NCBI GenBank assembly: GCA_018057585.1
Contig: JAGPDM010000001.1
Span: forward strand, 1-50,199
Reading direction: 5' to 3'
Origin: Candidatus Saccharimonadota bacterium
Lineage (GTDB): Bacteria; Patescibacteriota; Saccharimonadia; Saccharimonadales; JAGPDM01
DNA: 50,199 bases
Part shown: in pieces, positions 19,345 through 26,825 of the stretch
How positions within the stretch are numbered: position 1 is the first letter of the stretch
Layout of the letters: every line of letters starts with the position of its first letter
Program-made: the position numbers and the translations under genes
The notes under the pieces: model-generated
What the model saw: the letters and a program-made list of their open reading frames with translations, nothing else
Told to the model about the DNA's origin: nothing
Database searches by the model: none

Positions 19345-19821
19345 ATGGAAAAGACACTAATAATCGCCAAGCCGGATGCCGTTCAACGTGGGCTAGTTGG
19401 TGAAATAATTCGACGTTTTGAAGATAAAGGTCTAAAACTCATCGGTTTAAAGATGATGAATGTCAGCGGTGTATTGCTTAGGGCTCATTATGCGCATATT
19501 GCAACTAAGCCGTTTTATCACGATGTTGAAGACTTTATGCAAAGCTCGCCAGTCGTTGCAATGGCTTGGGAGGGGTATGCCTGTACTGATGCTGTGCGAA
19601 TCCTTGTTGGTCCTACAAACTCTAGAGAAGCACCAGCTGGAACGGTTAGGGGTGACTTTGGTATGGCTATGGGTCGTAACATCATCCATGCATCAGACAG
19701 TCCAGAAAATGGTGCGAACGAGGTTTCAAGATTCTTCGATGATAATGAACTATTCAAATACAACAAAACCGAATGGTTACATGTTTACGAACACAAAGAG
19801 CTTCCTGACGGCGATAGTTAA
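19345..19821 (+). CDS. ndk: Nucleoside-diphosphate kinase
   Basis: EKTLIIAKPDAVQRGLVGEII...NIIHASDS includes the active-site His context. Confidence 0.95.
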   Translation: MEKTLIIAKPDAVQRGLVGEIIRRFEDKGLKLIGLKMMNVSGVLLRAHYAHIATKPFYHDVEDFMQSSPVVAMAWEGYACTDAVRILVGPTNSREAPAGTVRGDFGMAMGRNIIHASDSPENGANEVSRFFDDNELFKYNKTEWLHVYEHKELPDGDS

Positions 19822-19858
19822 TTCATAAAACATAAGCATAGCTGCTACAATTAGTGGT

Positions 19859-20398
19859 ATGGCATCAGGTAAAAAATCTAAAGACTTTGAAGAACAGCAT
19901 CAAGACGAAAATGTTGTTCTGGTGGCACGTAATCATCCAGTAGTGTTACGAAAACCGTTGTATTTTATGCTACTTTCTTTAACCGTCCCCGTAGTTTTAT
20001 GGAGCTACTTACTGACAGCTGCAATGGCTTGGGCCTCACTAGGGGGGCTTGTAATAGGCATGCTGGTGCTTTTCTACTACTGGATTGGCTATGAGTTCTC
20101 ATACTATATTATTACTGACCAAAGGGTCTTACAGATATCTCAGAAGGGCTTTTTTAAAAGAGGGGTTGTAGAGGTTGGGCTAGATAAAATCCAAAATGTG
20201 AACTACACGATCAATGGCCTACAAGAACACTTGCTACACTTCGGCACAGTTGTTATACAGACCTATGCTGGTGACTTAATTCTTGATAAACTGTATAAGC
20301 CTAAATATTTTCATGAACAGCTAACGGAAACAATCCACAAGCAAATTAAACACTCAACTAGGCCATGGATGAATAACGAGACGGAGAACGATGACTAA
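19859..20398 (+). CDS. Membrane protein with a bacterial PH domain (YdbS/YdbT-like, bPH_2)
   Basis: Two TM helices followed by YYIITDQRVLQISQKGFFKRGVVEVGLDKIQNV. Confidence 0.7.
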   Translation: MASGKKSKDFEEQHQDENVVLVARNHPVVLRKPLYFMLLSLTVPVVLWSYLLTAAMAWASLGGLVIGMLVLFYYWIGYEFSYYIITDQRVLQISQKGFFKRGVVEVGLDKIQNVNYTINGLQEHLLHFGTVVIQTYAGDLILDKLYKPKYFHEQLTETIHKQIKHSTRPWMNNETENDD

Positions 20399-21440
20399 AC
20401 AAACAGATAGCGAAGCTGAGGTAGTTCAAGCCGAACGGTCAAAGGTTTTAAAGAAGGCTCAGAAATTTGTTTATCCGGTCGGTTCGCCAAAACATAGAAT
20501 AGCTTTGATCTCATCGTTTGTATTCGGACTTTTGATCATTGGCTTCATAGGGCTTTTCACTTTCTTGGTTTACGTCAAGAAAGATGACAGCAACTTCACA
20601 TATCAGATTAGTAAAATTATCCCTTTGCCGATCGGTAAGGTTGACAGTAACTATGTAACGTATGAAGAGTATCTTTTCGAGTTGAAATACGCTCTTCACT
20701 TTTTAGTCGAGCAGGAAGGCGTAGACCCCAACTCTGCTGAGGGCAAAAAGCGGACAGGGGAACTAAGAGAGCAAGCGGAGCAAAGAGCTTACAACACAGC
20801 TCTAGCTGAAAATATTGGGAAGAAACAAGAGATAAAGGTATCTGATAAAGACGTCGAACAAAGGATATCGATTCTAAAGACTCAAGCTAGCGATTTAGGT
20901 GGAGCAACCGGTAGTTCTGACCAAAAGATAGAAATCAATAGTGGCGGTAAACGGTTTGAAGAGATATTAAAGGAGTATTACAACTGGAACGTCAATGATC
21001 TTAAACGAGCTCTTAGGATACAGATTTTAAAATCTAAATTGCCTTTTGTTATTGATACAAAAACCAAGAAACAAGCTGAAGACTTGCAGAAGCGCCTTGC
21101 CGCCGAACCGAAAACCTTCGCAGAGGTTGCAAAAAATAACTCTGCCGATAAGAAAACATCTGAAAAAGGCGGTGATATAGGATTTTTAACGCCTGAAACA
21201 TCTGTAGCTTACCCAAAGAACTTTTTAGAAGTTGCAGGCTCACTGAAGGACGGTGAAGTGTCGCAGGTGATAGAAACTGACTTTGGACTCGATATTATTA
21301 AAAGAACCGAAACCAATAAAGATCAACAGCCTAGAGTGTCACATATACTACTTGAGTTTAAGGGTGTTGATGAGTTGCTAGCTTCTAAGCTCAAGGCGGA
21401 TAAAGCCGAGGTTCGGCGGTATTTTGAGATTAGTGGGTAG
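20391..21440 (+). CDS. Membrane-anchored parvulin-type peptidyl-prolyl isomerase (PpiC/PrsA-like)
   Basis: N-terminal TM helix, a SurA-N-like helical region, and the parvulin segment SADKKTSEKGGDIGFL...GEVSQVIETDFGLDIIK. Confidence 0.8.
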   Translation: MTKQTDSEAEVVQAERSKVLKKAQKFVYPVGSPKHRIALISSFVFGLLIIGFIGLFTFLVYVKKDDSNFTYQISKIIPLPIGKVDSNYVTYEEYLFELKYALHFLVEQEGVDPNSAEGKKRTGELREQAEQRAYNTALAENIGKKQEIKVSDKDVEQRISILKTQASDLGGATGSSDQKIEINSGGKRFEEILKEYYNWNVNDLKRALRIQILKSKLPFVIDTKTKKQAEDLQKRLAAEPKTFAEVAKNNSADKKTSEKGGDIGFLTPETSVAYPKNFLEVAGSLKDGEVSQVIETDFGLDIIKRTETNKDQQPRVSHILLEFKGVDELLASKLKADKAEVRRYFEISG

Positions 21441-21572
21441 GGCACTTTAGGTCCTGGAGTCCCAGACTTAATAGAAAAGCTCTAGACCTAATAATTTAGG
21501 CTCTAACCCAGATAAACTTGGCCACTAAACCGTACTTCATTTAGCCTACGAGAGCACTTGGCTTACAACAAG

Positions 21573-22001
21573 CTACATTCGTCCTAGATCATCCAGGGTT
21601 GGTCTCTGTTGAGGAGCCATGCCATCTTCGAAAAAGCCTTGGTGCTCGTCCAACCACGCATCTATAGACTCTCTACGCATAGCTGCAATTGCATCTAAAG
21701 CTTGATTATGTTCGGTGTCTCTATTGGTTCCAGCCAAAAATGTGCTAGCTTCCTCAGCTAGTTCACCATCGTCATCTGGGAATAATGGTCCTTCTTCGTG
21801 AGGAAAGTGTTTACCACGAGTACTCTTATAGTTGCCGCCAGACCCAAGCTCAGCTTCGGCGATATAAGCTTCCAGGTTTTTGGCGTGGGTGCGACTTTCA
21901 ATAATGTTTCTCTCTCCTGCCCCTAGAGCTGCTTCGTCGGGCTCATGTTGATGATTTATTCCGGAGCCAGCATCATCGTTGTCAAGATAATCCTGAACCA
22001 T
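21573..22001 (-). CDS. Hypothetical acidic protein
   Basis: 142-aa ORF rich in D/E. I recognise no family. It lies in frame with a short upstream ORF across a single TAA. Confidence 0.55.
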   Translation of the reverse strand: MVQDYLDNDDAGSGINHQHEPDEAALGAGERNIIESRTHAKNLEAYIAEAELGSGGNYKSTRGKHFPHEEGPLFPDDDGELAEEASTFLAGTNRDTEHNQALDAIAAMRRESIDAWLDEHQGFFEDGMAPQQRPTLDDLGRM

Positions 22002-22007
22002 CTTGTG

Positions 22008-22106
22008 TTATGCATAGTTCATCGCAGATATTAGTTCTATAGGAGCACCTTCCGCACCAAGGAGACGTCCCTCATTATCGTGATTTAGTTGTTGTTCGTT
22101 TGCCAT
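22008..22106 (-). CDS. 32-aa ORF with a strong RBS, in frame with the downstream 142-aa ORF
   Basis: AGAAGGAAAttccaATG gives MANEQQLNHDNEGRLLGAEGAPIELISAMNYA*. The stop TAA is at 22008-22010, and 22106 minus 22001 = 105, a multiple of 3. Confidence 0.35.
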   Translation of the reverse strand: MANEQQLNHDNEGRLLGAEGAPIELISAMNYA

Positions 22107-22291
22107 TGGAATTTCCTTCTTATATTCAACATATCAGCATAAAAAATTAAATCAGTCAATACTAGACGAACACGACCGGAATGTTGCAGCGTAACTGCTA
22201 TTCCCTCGCTGCGAGTCTCGTTCCTTGCGAACCGCTTTTACTAGAGTAAAAGATTACGGCTCGAACCAGAATCATAGATTCATCAGAATTT

Positions 22292-22317
22292 AAAAAACAC
22301 CTTAGGAGGTGCTTTTT
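22292..22317 (-). terminator. Intrinsic terminator downstream of tRNA-Asp
   Basis: Stem CACCT (22298-22302) / AGGTG (22307-22311) with a 4-nt loop. An A-run and a T-run flank it, so a U-tract follows on either strand. Confidence 0.5.
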
Positions 22318-22323
22318 AAATTC

Positions 22324-22401
22324 TGGCGGGCCCGACCGGATTCGAACCGGCGATCTTCTCCGTGACAGGGAGACGTATTAGGCCAGCTATACCACGGGCC
22401 C
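22324..22401 (-). tRNA. tRNA-Asp (anticodon GTC), CCA encoded
   Basis: Hand-folded cloverleaf: GGGCCCG-TG-GTAT-AGCTGGCCTA-ATAC-G-TCTCC-CTGTCAC-GGAGA-AGATC-GCCGG-TTCGAAT-CCGGT-CGGGCCC-G-CCA. Confidence 0.9.
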
Positions 22402-22568
22402 GCATATCAACTGATTAATGGTATCAACAAAATATCTCAGGTGCAATCAGTTCTTAATCTGCTACAATTAAAGGACGTTATAGCCAGGTAATAACTTGCT
22501 TTGATAACAGAGCAGAACAATTGTCTGTAGTGCTAGAAAAAACTGTAATATGACTATTAAGGATCGCT

Positions 22569-22913
22569 ATGGTTAAGAAAAAGAAGATAGATCGTTTCGG
22601 TGTCATCATACTGTCTATCCAGGTTTTAATTTTCATTATGATTGCCGTAATTGCCGTCATGAACCTGGATAGTAAGGATTTATTGGTTGAATTCCGATAC
22701 AATTTTATAAAGTTTTTCGTTGATAAAGTAGAGTGGTATTGGAGATTGTTCCCAGCTATAGCTTCACTGCTTTTTCTATCGGCTAATATCTACTTATGGC
22801 GTCTTGAACTAAAGATCATTAAAAAGGCGACACTAAACCTATATTTGTCATTATCAATTATCCCGCAAATTTTTCTCTTAGTAATTACGCTGTCAATGCA
22901 GGCAGCATTTTAG
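22569..22913 (+). CDS. Small polytopic membrane protein, hypothetical
   Basis: 114 aa with 3 hydrophobic segments and an AAGGA RBS. Ends 8 nt before the glycosyltransferase gene. Confidence 0.55.
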   Translation: MVKKKKIDRFGVIILSIQVLIFIMIAVIAVMNLDSKDLLVEFRYNFIKFFVDKVEWYWRLFPAIASLLFLSANIYLWRLELKIIKKATLNLYLSLSIIPQIFLLVITLSMQAAF

Positions 22914-22921
22914 TTTAAGTA

Positions 22922-24580
22922 ATGTCAAAAATAGAAAAAACTAATTTCGATCTCGAGATTTCTAAAATTCCTAAAGGTTTTAGACGAACTTTCGAAATAA
23001 TCCCCGGATTTGTCTCTTGGTCGTTCTTGCTGTTGTTTATCATTTTGAGTTTTATCCAGCCAGTAGCTGCAGCATTTATACTGATAGCATTTGACCTATT
23101 CTGGTTAATTAAATCATTGAGTATTGCAGGCAGGCTGATCCAAGGTTACGTTCGTCTCCATCAAACAGACAACGTCGACTGGGCTACTAGGCTTAGCGAC
23201 CTACATAATATAGATTCTGCGATAGATAGATTATCTAAAACCAGTACAAAGTCTAACGGCTATTCACTGTATTTTGAGAATAAAAGATATATCCGCTTTT
23301 TAAATCTCATAAGGCTTAAAAAACATATTAAAAATCCTGATCAAATTTATAATGCTGTAATTATTGCTACGTACAACGAGTCTAATGACATACTGGAGCC
23401 AACAGTTAAGTCATTGGTATCGAGTGCCTACGATCAAAAAAATAAGATGATTGTACTTATAGCCTACGAAGAAAGAGGTGGTTTACAGATAGAACAGACG
23501 GTTAATAAAATAATTAATAAGTATTCTAGAGACTTCTTGATTATCAAATCAATCAAACACAAGCATGATGTCAAGGGAGAGGTAATGGGTAAGGGGCCCA
23601 ATATCACCAATGCTGGTAGACTATTAGAGAAGATGGTGTTGGACATGGGAATTCCTATCGATGATGTTGTTGTTACAACACTAGATTCAGATAACAGGCC
23701 TAGTGAACAGTACTTTAATTATCTAACTTTTCTTTATGCTACTTCAGATAATAGACTAGCTCAGTCATACCAACCAGTAGCTATGTTCTATAATAACATC
23801 TGGGATGCACCTGCCGCGATGAGGGTCGTAGCCGCCGGAAATAGCTTTTGGAACGTTTCATTATCAATGCGGCCACATTTGATCCGCAACTTCTCGGCAC
23901 ATGCCCAAGGATTGGCTGCTTTGATCAAGACTGACTTTTGGTCGGTTGAAACCATCGTGGAGGATGGGCACCAGTTTTGGAGGAGTTACTTCACTTTCGG
24001 GAATGATTACGAGGTTGTACCAATGTACACACCAATATATCAGGACGCAGTACTAGCTGGAACTTACCTGAGGACAATCCTTGTTCAATTTAAGCAGATT
24101 AGACGTTGGGCTTGGGGAGCGTCAGACATTGCCTACGTTGCTTATTATGGATTAAAAGATAAGACAATTCGTAAATCCGATAAGCTTTCTAAATTCTTTA
24201 GATTGTTTGAGAGCCATTTCTCTTGGGCAACTGCACCATTGATACTGGCTTTCATGGCTTGGGCTCCGTTATTTTTAAATCCTGGATCTAATAAGAGCAT
24301 AGTCGTACATCAGCTGCCGATTGTTGTCAGCAGGATACAAACGGTCACGATGGTGGGGCTTTTCATTACGGTGATTATAAGTCTGCTCTCGTTGCCGCCT
24401 AGGCCTAAAGAGTACAGGAAATCAAAATCCTTGCTGATGATCTTCCAGTGGATATTATTCCCAGTAACAACGATTGTATTTGGATCTATTGCCGCATTAA
24501 ATGCTCAGACCAGACTGATGCTAGGCAAGTATCTAGAGGAGTTTGAGGTGACTGAAAAGGCAGTAAAACATGCAGATTGA
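22922..24580 (+). CDS. Membrane-integrated processive family-2 glycosyltransferase (cellulose/chitin/PNAG-synthase-like)
   Basis: VIIATYNES, DSD (23684-23692), VEDGH, and the QxxRW motif QIRRW (24095-24109). TM helices lie at both ends. Confidence 0.85.
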   Translation: MSKIEKTNFDLEISKIPKGFRRTFEIIPGFVSWSFLLLFIILSFIQPVAAAFILIAFDLFWLIKSLSIAGRLIQGYVRLHQTDNVDWATRLSDLHNIDSAIDRLSKTSTKSNGYSLYFENKRYIRFLNLIRLKKHIKNPDQIYNAVIIATYNESNDILEPTVKSLVSSAYDQKNKMIVLIAYEERGGLQIEQTVNKIINKYSRDFLIIKSIKHKHDVKGEVMGKGPNITNAGRLLEKMVLDMGIPIDDVVVTTLDSDNRPSEQYFNYLTFLYATSDNRLAQSYQPVAMFYNNIWDAPAAMRVVAAGNSFWNVSLSMRPHLIRNFSAHAQGLAALIKTDFWSVETIVEDGHQFWRSYFTFGNDYEVVPMYTPIYQDAVLAGTYLRTILVQFKQIRRWAWGASDIAYVAYYGLKDKTIRKSDKLSKFFRLFESHFSWATAPLILAFMAWAPLFLNPGSNKSIVVHQLPIVVSRIQTVTMVGLFITVIISLLSLPPRPKEYRKSKSLLMIFQWILFPVTTIVFGSIAALNAQTRLMLGKYLEEFEVTEKAVKHAD

Positions 24581-25613
24581 GTTAGTGACTGTTGGCATAA
24601 TAGCTTTTATTATCACCTTGTTAAGCTTGCCGATTATTAGGATATTTGCCCTTAGAATGGGGCTTTATGACGAGATAGAGGATCGTAAAGTTCATAAAAG
24701 CCTAACTCCAAGAATAGGAGGGGTATCTATAGCCTTGGCCTTAGTGGTCAATATTCTACTGTTCGTAGACCTGTCCAGGCCAGCGATAGCACTGATGTTA
24801 GCAGCGATCACACTATTTATAACAGGTATGATTGATGATCTTTTTGGGTTGAAGCCGATAACTAAGCTGTTAGCTCAAATTGTAGCGGCTATCTTTGTTT
24901 TGTCTGGTGGCATTAGCATTCTTTTCTTTAACTTGCCATTCAGCTCAGCACTAATATTTCTAGATACCTGGAAGATACCAGTCGAAATCTTCAATTTATC
25001 TTTCACCATAATACCGTTAGCTAATATGTTTACTATTGGCTGGATAGTTTTAATTATTAATGCAACCAACCTTCTAGATGGACTAGATGGACTGGCGGCT
25101 GGAATATCGTTTATTGCTTTTGCAACCTTGCTATCATTGACCGTTGGCAGCTCTGGAGATAGCTTGATTCTAGTACTAGCTGTCACAATGTGTATGTCAT
25201 TATTAGCTTTTCTGAGCAGCAACTTCTATCCAGCCAGGATATTTATGGGTGACAGCGGTGCATATTTAATCGGCTTGATGATGGCAGTTTTGCCCATTTA
25301 TAGTACTGTTAAGACCACTGTTGGTGTCGTCGTAATTGGTGTCGCGATAGTTGATCTTGCTTGGGCTGTGCTTCGTCGAATTAGGAAAAGACAATCACCC
25401 TTTAAAGCAGATCGAGGGCACATACATCATCGACTGCTGGACAACGGCATAGAACACCGTAACGTAGTCATAATATTTTATCTAATTACGCTGATTGTAT
25501 CGATTACGGTTACTATGTTTGGACTCATTGAAGCAATCACGGTATTAATGCTGGCATTATTATTCGTGATTGTAATGACAAAAAACAAAAAAATCGACAA
25601 ACAGATGCAGTAA
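24570..25613 (+). CDS. MraY/WecA-family polyprenyl-phosphate sugar-1-phosphate transferase
   Basis: Polytopic, with MIDDLFGL and NATNLLDGLDGLAAG motifs. Overlaps the GT2 gene by 11 nt. Confidence 0.9.
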   Translation: MQIELVTVGIIAFIITLLSLPIIRIFALRMGLYDEIEDRKVHKSLTPRIGGVSIALALVVNILLFVDLSRPAIALMLAAITLFITGMIDDLFGLKPITKLLAQIVAAIFVLSGGISILFFNLPFSSALIFLDTWKIPVEIFNLSFTIIPLANMFTIGWIVLIINATNLLDGLDGLAAGISFIAFATLLSLTVGSSGDSLILVLAVTMCMSLLAFLSSNFYPARIFMGDSGAYLIGLMMAVLPIYSTVKTTVGVVVIGVAIVDLAWAVLRRIRKRQSPFKADRGHIHHRLLDNGIEHRNVVIIFYLITLIVSITVTMFGLIEAITVLMLALLFVIVMTKNKKIDKQMQ

Positions 25614-25670
25614 TCAGTTTAGGATGTTATAATTTATAAATCAGACAAGTATTTAAAGAGAGGAATCAAA

Positions 25671-26351
25671 GTGACAGTTCAGTTGGAAAAAATAGTAAAG
25701 ACCGAAATACGAGAGCTACAAGGCTCAAAATTCAGGAAAGCACATCCAGATAAGGTTCCTGGTGTCGTTTATGGAAATAACCAAGAGCCAATATCAATTG
25801 CTCTTGATCCGCTAACCCTAAATAAGATATTTGATATTTTTGGTCATAGTACTATATTTGACCTTGATATCGATGGGATGAAAGAGCCAATCTCAGTTCT
25901 TTTGCATCAGATAGATCGACATCCAAACACTAACAACGTAATTAGCTTTGATATGTACGCAATTACAAAGGGCCAGAAGCTGACTACGGAAGTTTCTATA
26001 ACTTTTGAAGGTAACGCACCGGCTGCTTCTGATTCTAGTAAAGTAATAACGACTATAATCGATACTATCGAGATTGAAGCCTTGCCTGTAGATTTGCCTG
26101 AGCAGGTAGTAGTTGATATCAGTAATTTAGTTGAAGTTGGCGACGCTAAATATGTCAGCGATCTTAATCTTGGCGATAAAATTACAGTCTTAACTGACCC
26201 AGAAGCTGCACTTATAAAAGTCGGTGAATCCAGGGTAGAAGAAGCTGAACCTGAGACAGTCGTAGATAGCGGAGATGTAGAAGTTACCGGACAGAAGTCT
26301 GATGATTCTGAGGGTTCAGAATCTAAAGATAACCAAGAAAGTTCTAACTAG
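25671..26351 (+). CDS. rplY: 50S ribosomal protein L25 (Ctc form)
   Basis: GTG start with an AGAGAGG RBS. RKAHPDKVPGVVYG is L25-like, and the two-domain length with an acidic tail fits the Ctc form. Confidence 0.9.
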   Translation: MTVQLEKIVKTEIRELQGSKFRKAHPDKVPGVVYGNNQEPISIALDPLTLNKIFDIFGHSTIFDLDIDGMKEPISVLLHQIDRHPNTNNVISFDMYAITKGQKLTTEVSITFEGNAPAASDSSKVITTIIDTIEIEALPVDLPEQVVVDISNLVEVGDAKYVSDLNLGDKITVLTDPEAALIKVGESRVEEAEPETVVDSGDVEVTGQKSDDSEGSESKDNQESSN

Positions 26352-26514
26352 AACTATTGATTCTTTTTAGGTCTGGTTGGTTTTTTAATCTTAGATGCAT
26401 CAAATGGGATCTCTTCATAAAAGAGTGCGTAACCGTCCAGGAAAGTAGTTTTTGCTGTCATGTTGCATATTATACCACAAATGATAAGAATAGTTAAGTA
26501 CATTTAAATATTTC

Positions 26515-26543
26515 TTGAATAACCTCTGTTAAAGGTGTAGAAT
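26515..26543 (+). promoter_or_regulatory. Sigma-70-type promoter for tRNA-Val
   Basis: TTGAAT (26515-26520), a 17-nt spacer, then TAGAAT (26538-26543), 17 nt upstream of the tRNA 5' end. Confidence 0.5.
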
Positions 26544-26560
26544 CATACGGTATTTGTAGC

Positions 26561-26637
26561 GGGCTCTTAGCTCAGTTGGCTAGAGCGCCTCATTGACGTT
26601 GAGGAGGTCAGAGGTTCAAGTCCTCTAGGGCCCACCA
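26561..26637 (+). tRNA. tRNA-Val (anticodon GAC), CCA encoded
   Basis: Hand-folded cloverleaf: GGGCTCT-TA-GCTC-AGTTGGCTA-GAGC-G-CCTCA-TTGACGT-TGAGG-AGGTC-AGAGG-TTCAAGT-CCTCT-AGGGCCC-A-CCA. Confidence 0.92.
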
Positions 26638-26639
26638 TC

Positions 26640-26825
26640 TGCTATAATTATCATGAGTAATGACGTGGCTTAACAGACCACCGAACTCCGTCGGCATTAT
26701 AAGAACGGGCGAAAACGTGCTTTAAAGAGTGAAAGATTTCGGTGGAACAGCCTAAAACGGGCCCGAAACACGTAGTGAATAATTATTTCACTACGTGTTT
26801 ATTAATTTAATGGGAGAGTTAGCTA
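26640..26825 (+). promoter_or_regulatory. thrS leader: extended -10 promoter, partial T-box-like sequence and terminator hairpin (candidate attenuator)
   Basis: TGcTATAAT at 26640-26648. AGATTTCGGTGGAACAGCC at 26734-26752 (12 of 18 matches to the T-box consensus, by my count). Terminator at 26766-26800, then a GGGAGAG RBS. Confidence 0.4.
26766..26800 (+). terminator. Intrinsic terminator-like hairpin inside the thrS leader
   Basis: Perfect 14-bp stem AAACACGTAGTGAA / TTCACTACGTGTTT with a 7-nt loop, followed by ATTAATTT. It ends 25 nt before the thrS ATG. Confidence 0.55.

Noticed and set aside
22180-22290. tmRNA- or tRNA-like fragment downstream of tRNA-Asp. On the minus strand GATTCTGGTTCGAGCC resembles the tmRNA 5' region and a T-loop; a 7-bp hairpin CTTTTAC/GTAAAAG lies at 22235-22252.
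   Set aside because: There is no GGGG acceptor start, no complementary 3' strand ending in CCA within the expected 350-400 nt, and no foldable T-stem. The putative body would also overlap protein-coding ORFs. It remains an unexplained, moderately G+C-rich spacer.
26638-26800. The hairpin at 26766-26800 as simply the terminator of the tRNA-Val gene
   Set aside because: It lies 128 nt past the tRNA 3' end and only 25 nt before the thrS ATG, leaving no room for a separate thrS promoter. A leader or attenuator role explains the layout better, although it may also end tRNA transcripts.
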